Origin: Escherichia phage vB_EcoM_CRJP21
Strand: one strand, 5' to 3'
Sequence record: OQ708376.1
Length of the DNA stretch: 64,000 nt
Below are positions 1 through 11,300 of this stretch, piece after piece. Made by a program: the position numbers and the translations under genes. Each line of letters opens with the position of its first letter. Positions within the stretch are counted from its first letter, which is position 1. The notes under the pieces were generated by a model, which worked only from the letters and a program-made list of their open reading frames with translations, did no database searches and was not told the DNA's origin.

Positions 1-227
1 AAGTAGCACCACCCAAGTGGTTCACCAACTTTAAATTGTTCGGAAGGAATTTCAAAACCAATCTCATTAGGATAAAAGTTTTTACCATTCTCGCCATTCT
101 GTCCTACAACAAGACCTAAATCTTGAATTGTGTTATCTGCATAGGTTACAATTAAATGCCCAGCACCATTAATAACTAGACTTTTGATGCCGGAGTTATT
201 ACATGAACCATTAAATGAAATTGTCAT
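1..227 (-). CDS. Hypothetical protein, N-terminal part only (gene continues past window start)
   Basis: Manual translation from ATG (plus-strand CAT at 225-227) gives an open frame to position 1 (MTISFNGSCNNSGIKSLVINGAGHLIV...); not in ORF track because no stop lies within the window. Confidence 0.3.
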   Translation of the reverse strand, partial: MTISFNGSCNNSGIKSLVINGAGHLIVTYADNTIQDLGLVVGQNGENGKNFYPNEIGFEIPSEQFKVGEPLGWCY

Positions 228-337
228 AATATTTCCCTTGTATGAGTTAATGTCATATACCAATATTTATCAGTACAAAATACATTTCGTTATCATTAAT
301 AAATAAATGAAAGTTCACTACTAAAAGGGCTTAAACA

Positions 338-835
338 ATGGCATTAAGATCAAAAGACTTTCTCTTCAGAAGAAAAACAAAAGATGGTTCATGGCAAGAT
401 TTTCCTGAATCTGATAGCTGGTATCCAGCTAACTTGGATTATCACTGGAATGAACAAACGTTACCACTCGCAAGTGGTGGCTACTATGGCTGTACTACAG
501 GTTTACATACTATTTCATTTACACTACGTAATTTTATTGGTAGAATTTATGTATTAGCTACATTAGCTAGTAATCCTACTGATGATGATTGGTTTCCAAT
601 TAAATTCACTGAAAGTTGTAATTATTATCTTGAATTTACTGATATGGTTATTTTAAATCCAAATGGTGGGGATTTAATTAGACAACAAGGAACTACCGGA
701 ACATTTGCTGAAACAGTAACTGGTAATTTTACTTACCTTAAAGTTGGTATAGACCGTGATTATATTAGTAAGTATCCATCAGATGTCCAAAAAAGTTTAG
801 CTGGGAAGTTAGAACAAATTTTAATTAACTACTAA
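338..835 (+). CDS. Hypothetical protein (165 aa)
   Basis: Complete ORF, first of three tightly spaced plus-strand ORFs ending at a terminator; no recognisable motif. Confidence 0.5.
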   Translation: MALRSKDFLFRRKTKDGSWQDFPESDSWYPANLDYHWNEQTLPLASGGYYGCTTGLHTISFTLRNFIGRIYVLATLASNPTDDDWFPIKFTESCNYYLEFTDMVILNPNGGDLIRQQGTTGTFAETVTGNFTYLKVGIDRDYISKYPSDVQKSLAGKLEQILINY

Positions 836-844
836 GGATTAGAA

Positions 845-1453
845 ATGAAATTAGAAACAGAACAACCAAAACTATTTGTTAAAGGTCATGTCCTAATTAC
901 TGACGTTACTGATCCATCAAATCAAAAAATCGTTTTAGATAAATCTAACGCTATTCACCCTGAAAATATGAGTACTGCCATTGCTAATGCGTTAGCATAT
1001 AATCAAGACAGTACTGGTATTCCTATTGGTTCTATTAGCGAGATGCGTTTTGGTAATGGTGGTACAGTAGTTTTAAGTACTGGTCGTGTTACTTATAAAA
1101 AACCACGTGTTACATCATTCGGTGGTTTGTATTCACAAACATATTTGAAAAAAATCAACCCACGAATTACGGCAGGTATTGATTCACAATACAATAATAT
1201 TACAACTGTACATATACCAGGACAGTCCTATACTGATATTGTATGTATTTGTACTCTAGGGTTAGGTGAACCATCCGACCAAGGTGTAAGCTCAGGGACA
1301 AGCATGGATGGAACTTATGTATTTGATGAATTGGGATTGTACACGGATGGCGATAGTGGTATTCCTTTAACCCATATCATTTTTCACCCAGTTGAGAAAA
1401 GTGCAAACCGTGTCTTACAAATTAAATACACAGTTCGTGTACAATTACAATAA
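845..1453 (+). CDS. Hypothetical protein (202 aa), possibly virion-associated
   Basis: ORF starts 10 nt after the previous stop; Gly/Ser/Thr-rich composition; no catalytic motif. Confidence 0.5.
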   Translation: MKLETEQPKLFVKGHVLITDVTDPSNQKIVLDKSNAIHPENMSTAIANALAYNQDSTGIPIGSISEMRFGNGGTVVLSTGRVTYKKPRVTSFGGLYSQTYLKKINPRITAGIDSQYNNITTVHIPGQSYTDIVCICTLGLGEPSDQGVSSGTSMDGTYVFDELGLYTDGDSGIPLTHIIFHPVEKSANRVLQIKYTVRVQLQ

Positions 1454-1465
1454 TGGGGACATATA

Positions 1466-2566
1466 ATGAGTGTTAATTATACAATTTATAGAAGTAATGG
1501 TAGTGTTTATGCTACCATTCCAAATAATGTTATTTTAGGACCAAACCAGCCCGGAAGTAACCCAGTTCCGTTAAATTTAGTTGGTAGAAATAAAGTAAGT
1601 TACGGTCAAGCGTGGAATGAAAACTTTTTACATTTAGTTGAAAATTTCAGTTCAGCATCTGCACCACGTGGCAACGTCAATGGTCAACTTTGGTATAGAA
1701 ACACTGGTAGTACTGGTGAGTTATTGATATCATTAGTTGATAATGCTAGACAACCTGCTGATATGGTAAGTGAAGCTGAATGGGCGTCTATCCCTATGAT
1801 TACTGTTTTTAACACAGTACCTGATGGTGAAAATAGTGTTATGGGTCGTATGGTATTAACTAGTAACGGTGATTCTCTTCGTGTGTTAATGAAAAACAAA
1901 GAATGGCGTGAAATTCAAACATCTAGACCAGAAAACAAAGAGTATTCATCATTATTAGATATTAACTATGATAATGGTAAAAAATATATAGAGTTCACAC
2001 AAAGTAATAGTACTAAACCGATTGCGTATTTTAACTTAGGTGGTACTTCACAAGTAGATACAAATAACTGGACAACATTAACTAATGGTACTGGTGTCTT
2101 TGAATTTGGTAGCAACTATTTCTATGAATTAAAAATTATGATTAGAGAAGTAAATGATTCTTCTGGTGAGATAGTTTCTCTTCCATACAATTCCAAAACC
2201 TTTTTTATAAAAGGGCAATTTTATGTAGATAATCAAGGAACTTTTGTTCCTGGTTCGGTGGGGGCAAGTCAAATGCCAGACCCACGTAGGATTACACAAT
2301 TAGAATCCATTAAAGATGTTATTACCAGTAGTCGCCCAAACTGGGACGTAAATATTGTTATTAATGGTGTAGATCCATCTATCCCAAATCCTAATGGAAC
2401 ATCTAAAGCTGATTATGAAAATTGGGTTATCAATTCTCTAAACTCAAATAAAAATTTAGGTTTTCGAGTTGATGGTAGTATTAGTAATCTAACTGCTGGT
2501 GAATCCGTTAAACTACAAGCATCCGTGTTGTTAAATATTACAGGTATTCCGATTATTGGAGTATAA
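1466..2566 (+). CDS. Hypothetical protein (366 aa), possibly structural/fibre-like
   Basis: ORF followed directly by a hairpin terminator; Asn/Gly/Ser/Thr-rich composition typical of phage fibre-like proteins. Confidence 0.5.
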   Translation: MSVNYTIYRSNGSVYATIPNNVILGPNQPGSNPVPLNLVGRNKVSYGQAWNENFLHLVENFSSASAPRGNVNGQLWYRNTGSTGELLISLVDNARQPADMVSEAEWASIPMITVFNTVPDGENSVMGRMVLTSNGDSLRVLMKNKEWREIQTSRPENKEYSSLLDINYDNGKKYIEFTQSNSTKPIAYFNLGGTSQVDTNNWTTLTNGTGVFEFGSNYFYELKIMIREVNDSSGEIVSLPYNSKTFFIKGQFYVDNQGTFVPGSVGASQMPDPRRITQLESIKDVITSSRPNWDVNIVINGVDPSIPNPNGTSKADYENWVINSLNSNKNLGFRVDGSISNLTAGESVKLQASVLLNITGIPIIGV

Positions 2567-2597
2567 AAAAAGGAGCCACACGGCTCCTTTTTGTTTT
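2565..2597. terminator. Bidirectional rho-independent terminator
   Basis: A-run, stem GGAGCC (2572-2577) / GGCTCC (2582-2587), then T-run; sits between convergent genes. Confidence 0.7.
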
Positions 2598-3060
2598 AAT
2601 ATCTATATGGTAAACTGTTGACAAACTGTGTACCTTCACGTATACTTTCCCATAGTGAGTAAAAATCTTTCATTAAGTTTGTGTTAAGTAAAGTATTTTT
2701 AGCACCAGGGTGTAATGGTTTAGGCCAAGAACCAATTCTAACCCAAGCATAACCAGAGCTTTCATGATTTAAAGTTGGTACAAATTCATTCTCAACTACA
2801 ATAACAAATGAATAATATTTAAATTTACCATTTTTTGTACAAAATACATCAAACGGTATAATATCAATAATGTTAGGTATTGAGTTGCCCAACTCTTCTT
2901 TAATTTCTCGCATCAGACCTTGTAGTGGTGTTTCGTTATGTTCAAGCTTTCCACCAACAAATGCCCAGTTGTTAGAATAGGTACTTCTTTCAGAACGCAA
3001 GTTTAACATCATATGTCCAGTACTTTTTGATAAAAATATAGCACCAACCGCTTCATTCAT
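2596..3060 (-). CDS. NUDIX hydrolase
   Basis: Exact Nudix box G-x5-E-x7-REIKEELG in GGKLEHNETPLQGLMREIKEELG. Confidence 0.85.
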   Translation of the reverse strand: MNEAVGAIFLSKSTGHMMLNLRSERSTYSNNWAFVGGKLEHNETPLQGLMREIKEELGNSIPNIIDIIPFDVFCTKNGKFKYYSFVIVVENEFVPTLNHESSGYAWVRIGSWPKPLHPGAKNTLLNTNLMKDFYSLWESIREGTQFVNSLPYRY

Positions 3061-3073
3061 AACAACACCTCCT

Positions 3074-4417
3074 TTATTTGTCAGTGAAAGTTATTTTCCA
3101 ATATCCCTGACGATACACAGGCATGATACTTTTATGCCATTTAAATTTGTCATTATATCTATAATAACCATTGTCTTCTTTATTATAAATGTAATTTCGT
3201 ACAGTAGATGGATCAATTAATTGTGCACCGTCATTTGTAATTTTAAACAAATAATTTGATGGGATTTCGGTTTCTTTATAAATGATGTTATGTATACTGT
3301 TATTTACATAATATTGTTCAGGTAATGCACTTGAAAGTACTGAATCTTTCTGCACAAACCCATGTATAGTGTAATCAACAGTATAATTGGTATTATCAAG
3401 CTGTACTATAATTTTGTTGGCATCTTCATTTTCACCATACGACGCTATATGACCTTTTAGTGGGTTGTCTTCTTCAATAGATTGTTGAAATTTAATCCCT
3501 ACTTTTTTGTCATCAAAATTTGGTTCTAGATATTTAAGATATTTTTCCCATGAATATATTCCACCGTTGGGAGAAACCGCAGATAGCGATTGGCTAACCA
3601 AGGTAAGTTGGTATGTATCAGGTAAATTATACTTGGAATTAGTAATTTCTTCAACTTTAATGCATAAATTCTTGGGTGTAAAAACATCTGTTATTATATC
3701 TGAATAATTTCCCATTTCAAAATCAAATTCGTCACGAGCACCTTTAATATTTGTAGTAATCTGTTGGATTAATTTTGGTTTTTCAACAATAGCTGGTAAA
3801 GAAAACCATATTGTCGTTTCAAATGTTAAAACCATTATATCCAAATCTGGGTCAGTTCCTTGTGGAAAACCACGAGTAGAAAACTGACAATCTATTAGTT
3901 CAACATCACTAAGCGATGTCCAATCTAACGGGTTATCAGATAATTGAAGTTGTATACTAGGTGCAAACAAAGTTGAGATTTGTTCGAATAATTCCATTTT
4001 AGTTTGAGTTTGAGTTACCCAAATATTCAAATCAAACGTAAAAGTCCAAGGTACTGGGTTATGTCTTACAATTTTGTATTGTGTGTCAAGATCTTTTGTG
4101 TACTCATTAATAGCAGGGGACTTGTTAGACCCCATTACTATAGTTTCGTTGGCATTAGAACGAATATTTTTACGATCCAACTTTAGTTGATTAACACTTA
4201 TGGTCATTATAGGTGCTGATGGGAGAACATTTTCACTATTCCCATTTATAATTGCTGCTGCCATTCTTGAAATATCGGCATAGCGACATGGAACCTTTTT
4301 GTATTTTGGGTTTCCATTAGCATCAATACCATTTTGTACTTGAAATTCACCAAAAACTCTGATAAGATGTTTCAGTACTCTGCGAAATTGACCGTCATAA
4401 TAATAATCTATTTTCAT
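3074..4417 (-). CDS. Hypothetical protein (447 aa), likely virion structural
   Basis: Long ORF whose start overlaps the stop of the upstream 501-aa ORF (4414-4417); no motif recognised. Confidence 0.5.
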   Translation of the reverse strand: MKIDYYYDGQFRRVLKHLIRVFGEFQVQNGIDANGNPKYKKVPCRYADISRMAAAIINGNSENVLPSAPIMTISVNQLKLDRKNIRSNANETIVMGSNKSPAINEYTKDLDTQYKIVRHNPVPWTFTFDLNIWVTQTQTKMELFEQISTLFAPSIQLQLSDNPLDWTSLSDVELIDCQFSTRGFPQGTDPDLDIMVLTFETTIWFSLPAIVEKPKLIQQITTNIKGARDEFDFEMGNYSDIITDVFTPKNLCIKVEEITNSKYNLPDTYQLTLVSQSLSAVSPNGGIYSWEKYLKYLEPNFDDKKVGIKFQQSIEEDNPLKGHIASYGENEDANKIIVQLDNTNYTVDYTIHGFVQKDSVLSSALPEQYYVNNSIHNIIYKETEIPSNYLFKITNDGAQLIDPSTVRNYIYNKEDNGYYRYNDKFKWHKSIMPVYRQGYWKITFTDK

Positions 4418-5919
4418 TCTGTGTCCTTATGTATGCGATAAACAGTATTAGGTTTAACTGCGTCATGTAATGGAACTTTGTTATCACTATTTACAAACTG
4501 TGTAAGTGCTAAGTCTGCACCTTCCCACGGTTTTCTTCCACCATAATCAAAAATAACCCATGAATTCTTAGTTGCATTGAATTCCCATAACGTAACTGGA
4601 GTATAATCGGTGCGATAGAAATAGTCACCATCTACTGCATCAGTTGGGAACATATTTCCTTCAGGGACTGTACCTCGTGCTGGTGGAATTTTAGGACGAT
4701 AATCTTGTTGCGAATCAATATTACCATATACACAATTGGACGTGAATGGTTCATTGACATAAGTTACCTTTGGTTCCCCCCACTTGTCATCATTATACTG
4801 ATAAATGTGTGGTTCTTTATAAAAAATACAAAAATCTTCCACATCTTCTGGTGGAACATCACTGGTAGTATATTCTACATCACAATTTAACCATTTTTTA
4901 GCACTTTTATCATATTGATACAACGTATAACCTGTCACATCTGCGTCATTTTCTTTAAAGAAGAAGTCACCATCCATTGGTTTTCTGGGAAAGATGGTTC
5001 CACGCTTGACTTCCACAGAAATCCATGTATCATTAACAAACTCTTTGAGTACTGGGTATGTTTTTTTCAAAAAATACATTCCATCGGCAGGTTCTTCTGG
5101 AAAATCATAACCGTTAAGCATATATTTTGATAAATCTACTGTATCAGGTCGATCATCATACAAATGTTCGTTTGTATAATGAATATAGGGTACTTCATCA
5201 TCAGCTTGCATGATGATACGGTTCATGATATCCATTTCATTGCCATAGTTACTGTTTTCCGACGAACCATCATCGGTATTTCCATTACCATTATTAGGGT
5301 CATCTGGATTATCAGGATAATTATTGTTACCGAGTAAATCGGAGTACTCAGGTGAGTCGGTTAGCGGTTTAACTCTAAGTTTATAAATGTGATGTTGCCA
5401 CGTAACCGAGTATCCCTCAGATGTACGAAATGCATCTTGGACGACATAGAAGCGGTTTAGACCTGTATCTTTACCCAATACATCAAAATCACGTAAATTT
5501 GGTAGTTCTATCACATCCCCTGGCATGATTTTTCTACCTAAACGCTGCATCATTGTATTATAATGGATTGTGATGTCCATAGTGTTGAAATTAAAGAACA
5601 ATCCTGGGATTTTCAAGTCTGGAGTTGCTTCTTGAACTTGATAGACACAACTAAGTGTGATAGCTTCAAGGTTGTAGTTTCTGTTTGGTGTGTCACCAAA
5701 AATTAAATCGCCAATACTTGACACAACTGATCCTGAAGATGTATAATCACCTCCATAGGATAAGTCAGTGTTGTCAGCAACTTGTTTTGGACCGACATAT
5801 GCATAAAGCCACATGTCAACTCCACCAATGTTGTATTGTTCAGCAATGGCAGAATCAATGAACTTGTAATCATTGGTTCTACCTTTTTTCCACATTCTAT
5901 ATGTCATGATTGTCTCCAA
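4414..5919 (-). CDS. Hypothetical protein (501 aa), likely virion structural
   Basis: Long ORF, first gene of a minus-strand operon ending with the NUDIX gene; no motif recognised. Confidence 0.5.
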   Translation of the reverse strand: METIMTYRMWKKGRTNDYKFIDSAIAEQYNIGGVDMWLYAYVGPKQVADNTDLSYGGDYTSSGSVVSSIGDLIFGDTPNRNYNLEAITLSCVYQVQEATPDLKIPGLFFNFNTMDITIHYNTMMQRLGRKIMPGDVIELPNLRDFDVLGKDTGLNRFYVVQDAFRTSEGYSVTWQHHIYKLRVKPLTDSPEYSDLLGNNNYPDNPDDPNNGNGNTDDGSSENSNYGNEMDIMNRIIMQADDEVPYIHYTNEHLYDDRPDTVDLSKYMLNGYDFPEEPADGMYFLKKTYPVLKEFVNDTWISVEVKRGTIFPRKPMDGDFFFKENDADVTGYTLYQYDKSAKKWLNCDVEYTTSDVPPEDVEDFCIFYKEPHIYQYNDDKWGEPKVTYVNEPFTSNCVYGNIDSQQDYRPKIPPARGTVPEGNMFPTDAVDGDYFYRTDYTPVTLWEFNATKNSWVIFDYGGRKPWEGADLALTQFVNSDNKVPLHDAVKPNTVYRIHKDTE

Positions 5920-5948
5920 AATAAATCGGGTATATCTTTATTTACCTT

Positions 5949-5977
5949 GTAGACAAACCGTAAGAATGTGATATAAT
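5949..5977 (+). promoter_or_regulatory. Promoter: GTAGAC -35-like box, 17-bp spacer, TGaTATAAT extended -10
   Basis: TATAAT at 5972-5977 with TG at 5969-5970; -35-like hexamer at 5949-5954; about 40 nt upstream of the ClpA-like start. Confidence 0.45.
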
Positions 5978-6017
5978 GTTTATTAATTAGAGTGACGTGA
6001 ATCACATAGGAGAATAC

Positions 6018-8306
6018 ATGAATCTTACTCAATTGTTCAAAAAAAGCGACGAACTGGCAACATCTCTAGGTCATACATTCTTGACTATTGACCACGTAAG
6101 TGCCACAGTACTGACTATTGATAGCATCAAGAACGTATTTGAAGATATGAACATTGATGCAGACAAACTGCACAACCGCCTAATGAACTATCTTAAAAAT
6201 ACAACAGTTCCACATGCACCAAAAAGTGTTAAAGATGAAGACGCGAATCGCACTTCACTTCTAGTGAATCGCGTTGTACATGAGCTTTCTAAAAAATCAG
6301 TTATTGAACAACTAAAAAGTGATGATTTTTCGATTGATGCATATTTTGTTCTATTCGAATGTCTGTCTTTCCCTAACACAGCACTAGAAGCTGCGTTAAA
6401 AGAAGAAGGTGTTAGCTGTACTGAAGCTGCACGTGCATTACAGAAACACGTTGAGTCACTTGATAAGGGTATCAACTTACAAAGTATTAATGACGAACCG
6501 ATTGGAGATAAAAAAGTGGCCCAACAGCAGCAATCATCTAAACAAAAAGGTTTGGAAGACTATACAACGAATCTAACTGCTCTTGCAAAAGAAGGCAAAC
6601 TAGATCCTATGATTGGTCGCCAGAAAGAATTGTCTGCATTGATTGAGACTCTTGCTCGCAAAACCAAAAAGAATGCTATTCTCACTGGTGAAGCTGGTGT
6701 AGGTAAAACACAAATCATCGACGGGCTTGCACAAGCTATTGCTGATGGTAACGTACCTGAACACCTAAAAGACGTTGAAATTCTTTCACTAAATGTTGGT
6801 GCATTGACTGCTGGTACTAAGTATCGTGGTGAATTTGAAGAACGCATCGACAATTTGCTAAAAGAACTAAAGAAACGTGAAAATACTATTGTTTTCATTG
6901 ATGAAATTCATATTATGGTTGGGGCTGGTTCCGCAAGTAATGGTTCTATGGACATGAGCAATATGCTTAAGCCAGCACTTTCACGTGGTGAGATTCGTGT
7001 AATTGGTGCAACAACATATGATGAATATCGTAAAAATATCGAGAAAGATAGTGCATTAACTCGTCGTTTTATGAAAATTGACGTAGTTGAGCCGACAATT
7101 GATGAAACTCGTGCAATTGTTAATGGTTTGAAACCAACGTATGAAAAATTCCATAATGTTGAGTTCACATCTGATGCAATGGATGCTGTAATTTCTCTCA
7201 GTGATAAATTCCTGAAGAATAAGCACTTCCCAGATAAAGCAATTGATCTAATGGATGCTGCTGCGGCTAAAGTTCGTTCACGTGACAACAATAGTAAGCT
7301 TATTACTTCCAATTTGATTCAAGAAGTTGTTGCTGGTATTGCCAATTTGGATATCAACGTGGTTGCATGTACTGAAAGTGATCGTATGCGTAATCTACCA
7401 GATGCACTACGCTCACGTGTATACGGTCAAGAGGAAGCTATTCAAAAATTAGTTGATAACGTGATGGTAGCTCGTGCAGGACTGCGTGACAAATCTAGTG
7501 TTCAGGGTGCATTTATGTTTGTTGGACCATCTGGTACTGGTAAAACAGAAATTACCAAAGCATTAGCAGACGCAACTGGTGCGGAACTCATTCGCTTTGA
7601 TATGTCAGAATTTTCTCAAGAACATACTGTTTCTAAACTAATTGGTTCACCTCCAGGTTATGTTGGTCATGATTCTGGTAACGGTTTACTGTTGGATAAA
7701 ATTGAGCAGTTCCCTAATGCAGTACTGTTACTTGATGAAATTGAAAAAGCAGATCGTAAAGTACTACTAACCTTCCTACAGGTTTTGGATGAAGGTCGTC
7801 TGACTGGTTCTCAAGGTAAAACTGTATATTTTAATAACGTAACTGTTATTATGACTACAAACCTTGGTGCGGCTGATTCAACAAAGCGTAGCATTGGTAT
7901 GAGCGGTAGTGACACTGCACAGGACAAGGCAATTAAAGCATTCTTGCCACCAGAGTTTATTAACCGTATTGATAGTATCGTTACGTTTAAAGACCTAAGC
8001 AGTGAAGCTATTGACAGCATCATTGATAAGTTCATGGGTGGTTTGAATGAACAAGTCAAAGACCGTAATGTTAAAGTTACATTGACAAAAGCTGCACGTG
8101 AATGGCTTGCGAAAAATGGGGTAAAAGTTGGTATGGGTGCACGTCCAATGAAACGTACCATTGAACAAAACATTCGTGTACCACTAGCTAAAGAAATGTT
8201 GTGTGGTTCACTTGTGAATGGTGGTAACATTACATTTGATGTTATTGATGGTAAAATCGGTATTAAGCCGAAACGTACCAAAGCTGTAGATAAAGCACTA
8301 GTATAA
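6018..8306 (+). CDS. ClpA/ClpC-type Hsp100 AAA+ ATPase (two nucleotide-binding domains, no ClpB middle domain)
   Basis: Walker A GEAGVGKT and GPSGTGKT, Walker B IVFIDEIH and LLLDEIEKA, Clp-N-like N-terminus, SIGM tripeptide at the position of the ClpA IGL ClpP-docking loop. ORF track start at 5997 is GTG; ATG at 6018 has an AGGAGA RBS. Confidence 0.85.
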   Translation: MNLTQLFKKSDELATSLGHTFLTIDHVSATVLTIDSIKNVFEDMNIDADKLHNRLMNYLKNTTVPHAPKSVKDEDANRTSLLVNRVVHELSKKSVIEQLKSDDFSIDAYFVLFECLSFPNTALEAALKEEGVSCTEAARALQKHVESLDKGINLQSINDEPIGDKKVAQQQQSSKQKGLEDYTTNLTALAKEGKLDPMIGRQKELSALIETLARKTKKNAILTGEAGVGKTQIIDGLAQAIADGNVPEHLKDVEILSLNVGALTAGTKYRGEFEERIDNLLKELKKRENTIVFIDEIHIMVGAGSASNGSMDMSNMLKPALSRGEIRVIGATTYDEYRKNIEKDSALTRRFMKIDVVEPTIDETRAIVNGLKPTYEKFHNVEFTSDAMDAVISLSDKFLKNKHFPDKAIDLMDAAAAKVRSRDNNSKLITSNLIQEVVAGIANLDINVVACTESDRMRNLPDALRSRVYGQEEAIQKLVDNVMVARAGLRDKSSVQGAFMFVGPSGTGKTEITKALADATGAELIRFDMSEFSQEHTVSKLIGSPPGYVGHDSGNGLLLDKIEQFPNAVLLLDEIEKADRKVLLTFLQVLDEGRLTGSQGKTVYFNNVTVIMTTNLGAADSTKRSIGMSGSDTAQDKAIKAFLPPEFINRIDSIVTFKDLSSEAIDSIIDKFMGGLNEQVKDRNVKVTLTKAAREWLAKNGVKVGMGARPMKRTIEQNIRVPLAKEMLCGSLVNGGNITFDVIDGKIGIKPKRTKAVDKALV

Positions 8307-8343
8307 AAAAAGAAAAGGAGAGCATAATGCTCTCCTTTTTTTA
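8305..8343. terminator. Bidirectional rho-independent terminator
   Basis: A-run, stem GGAGAGC (8317-8323) / GCTCTCC (8329-8335), T-run; between the convergent ClpA-like and giant ORFs. Confidence 0.75.
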
Positions 8344-11300
8344 TTACTTAACTAATAATATATTTTTAATATCATTACCACTAACTTGTAGACTATCAGT
8401 GTATACTGAAAGATCTATAGTGTAACTATTTTGTGTGTAACGTTTTAACATATCATAATTACCTAAATTAATTCCATTGAAAGAATATGTAGTATTAAGT
8501 TTAAAATCATGTTCTGCACTATACATTACACCACGGAGTAAATTATTTGCATTTCTAACTTCAACTTTTTCATATCCAATCGATATAATATCATTCATGT
8601 TTGCGGCTGAACCGGATAAAACATTATTTCTAATACTATAAGGACTTATTGATTTAGGTTGAGAAACATAGGTTGTATTTTCTTCACTAATGGTTGTGAT
8701 GTTAGTAACAGTACCACCAACAACACCGATATACATACCGTCAACCATTGGGAATCCATAAACCCATATCCCTTCATTATTTCTAAACGGTTGAATAACA
8801 CTTGAATCATATTCGATAACGTTGATTTCTAAACTATCAGTCATTTTAGTTCTTGCCAATTCACTAAGAACTCCCGCACCCGTAATTGGTAAGTTATAAC
8901 CGTTATCGATAGTAATTCCATCAACATCAAATATTTCATTAGAGATTATCCAAACGTCAACGTCATCTGGTGTTATTCCGTCATTGTACTTACCACCATT
9001 TAAAGTAGTATCGTAGAAAACATCATAATTAATTACATCAATGGTGTAATTTCTATTTTGTTCATACAATTTAATACCATTCTTGACAAATTCAGGGTCA
9101 GCAAATGTTCTAACACGAACAATGTTCAATGCTAGAGGCTGTACTGGCTCATTTTGTTGTGCAAGAGTGATGTTATCATAACGGAGAACTGCACCAGTAC
9201 TCTCATCAATCAATTCAATCGTTTCCTTACCTGTATTTCTTACAGTGAATAGGATCGGAGTTGTATTGTTTTTGATGTTAGATACACGCAAGATTGTTTC
9301 CCATGTGTGATTTTGATATCTCACAAAATCTTCACCATCAGGAGTGAAAATCATCACCTTATCACCATCAGATAGGTCATTGTCAACTATTTCTGCTTCA
9401 GTTAAGCTATTAATAGATCTCACACGATAGAAATATTTTTCATCAAACTTCGATGTTGTTTTATTAATATCATTTTCAATCTTAGCATATGAAGGAATAC
9501 TTACAATTGCTTCTGTATGTTTATATGGATTGATAATTGCCATACCTTCAGTTTGATATCTGCTGTTATCACGTAATTGTACAAGAGATACATTGTCAAA
9601 CCCATATCCATCAACTGTAAATCTAATTTGACCTACATCACGCCCAGAAGGGTTTATGTCAGATATATCCACAATATAAGGATCAACTTCATCATCTTTA
9701 ACTTCCCATTTTATTGAAGAAGTTTGAGATTCCAATGCTAGGTTATCAAATGCATTCATATCATTGAAGTACTTAGCTTCAGTAATACTATCAAGTATAT
9801 ATTGATAATCAGAATACATTGGATTATTTTGATCTAGTGGTAAATCATCAAGATTTATTTCAGCTAGTTCAACCATTTCACCATTTGTGATAAAATAATC
9901 TTCCATGAAATCATCAATACTTTGTTCATCAGGTATACTTTGATATACACCGTTAACATTTAAGTAAACATATTTTCGTGGAATCATTGTAATTGCATAG
10001 ATATCAATTGGGGTCTTACTAAGAATCTCTTCAGCTTTTTCGTACTTATCAGTAGCGTCTTTGTCGAATAACCCTCTCATACCTGCTAATACGTGAATAG
10101 CATCAGTATAGAAACGGGTATCACCACCTACTTCATCATAACGATAAACATATACACCATACTCAACTTCAAGTTTAACTTTTACTTCATAGTCTGATGC
10201 GTCAGGATTTTTATCTTTAATTAATGAAATGTATTTTTGATACAATTCACTGCTTATTTCAAAATATCCATAGTTATAATCATTACTAGAAGAAAAGCCT
10301 AATGGAAGTCTAGTACTAGGATTGTCATTATAAGTAAGTCCACTAAATCCACATCCAACTTCATCGTGAATTTTCTCATCACTTATATCTTTATAAAGTT
10401 TCAAACGGTTTGCCAATGTGTTATACTGAACATATTGTCTAAGGTCAGTAAACATATCGTTATGCGTTGATTCTTTATAAACACGTTCCAATGTAGCAGT
10501 GAATTCATCAGTTGCTTCTAAATCTTCCGCATGGTCTTTATACCACTGGTTAACGCCATATGCTGTTCCTAGTGTTACATCCAATTCTGGATAGTAGATT
10601 TGCATTTGATAAGCAATAAGAAGATCGAAAGTTTCTTCACTATATTCTGGGAAAGAATATATATAACGTTGTAATTCATAGTTACTAACAGCATCCTTTT
10701 CATTGGATTGATATTTGTTATTAACACTTACTAATTCATTTATGCTTGCCAAATCTTCATTTGGTTTACACTGAATATTATCATAATGCATAATAATATC
10801 AATTTCTTGGAATCTTCTATTTGGTGTAACGAAATCACTTGGTAGTGAACCTACCTGTTCCCATTTTTGGGTAATTTCATTAAATTGAGCGTACTCATAA
10901 TCCCAAATATCTTTTTCAGTTTTGATCCAAGAACCATCAACGAAAATATATCCATTAGGATCTAAATCATTACATAGACCTTTTATTAAATCATCATCAG
11001 ATGTCTTTTGCTCTATTTGTGAACGAATTTTAGTTCTATAAGGTTTAACTTCTTCAAAATATTCAACAATTTGATTAATCAAATTATCGTTTGAATAGTT
11101 TTGAACTAATGATTGTTCCAAACCAACAATATAGATATATGATGTTTTAAATACCCAATCCACAACACTTTGTTCAACATGTACATATTTGACCATATCA
11201 AAAACAATTTCGCTTTGATGTAAATCGAAAGAATTTTTGAGTAAAGCTAGTGCTTTACGAACGTTGATTTCACGATTGCTTAGTGAACCATTATCATTAT

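Noticed and set aside
5997-6017. Upstream extensions of ORF-track starts (5997 GTG for the ClpA-like gene; likewise 55561 TTG for rnh and 28967 TTG for the baseplate ORF)
   Set aside because: Non-ATG starts without an RBS; an in-frame ATG with a Shine-Dalgarno sequence lies shortly downstream in each case.
6188-8281. Four minus-strand ORFs (6188..6475, 6560..6898, 6908..7312, 7811..8281) inside the ClpA-like gene
   Set aside because: Antisense to a well-supported AAA+ ATPase gene, low-complexity Ser/Ala/Arg-rich translations, no RBS; shadow ORFs.
5997-8306. Possibility that the window is bacterial chromosome or prophage-flanking host DNA, given ClpA, GroES, NUDIX and lysozyme genes
   Set aside because: These genes are interleaved with unmistakable phage genes (portal, prohead protease, capsid, terminase, gp32, UvsX, polymerase) and share their AT-rich composition and signals.
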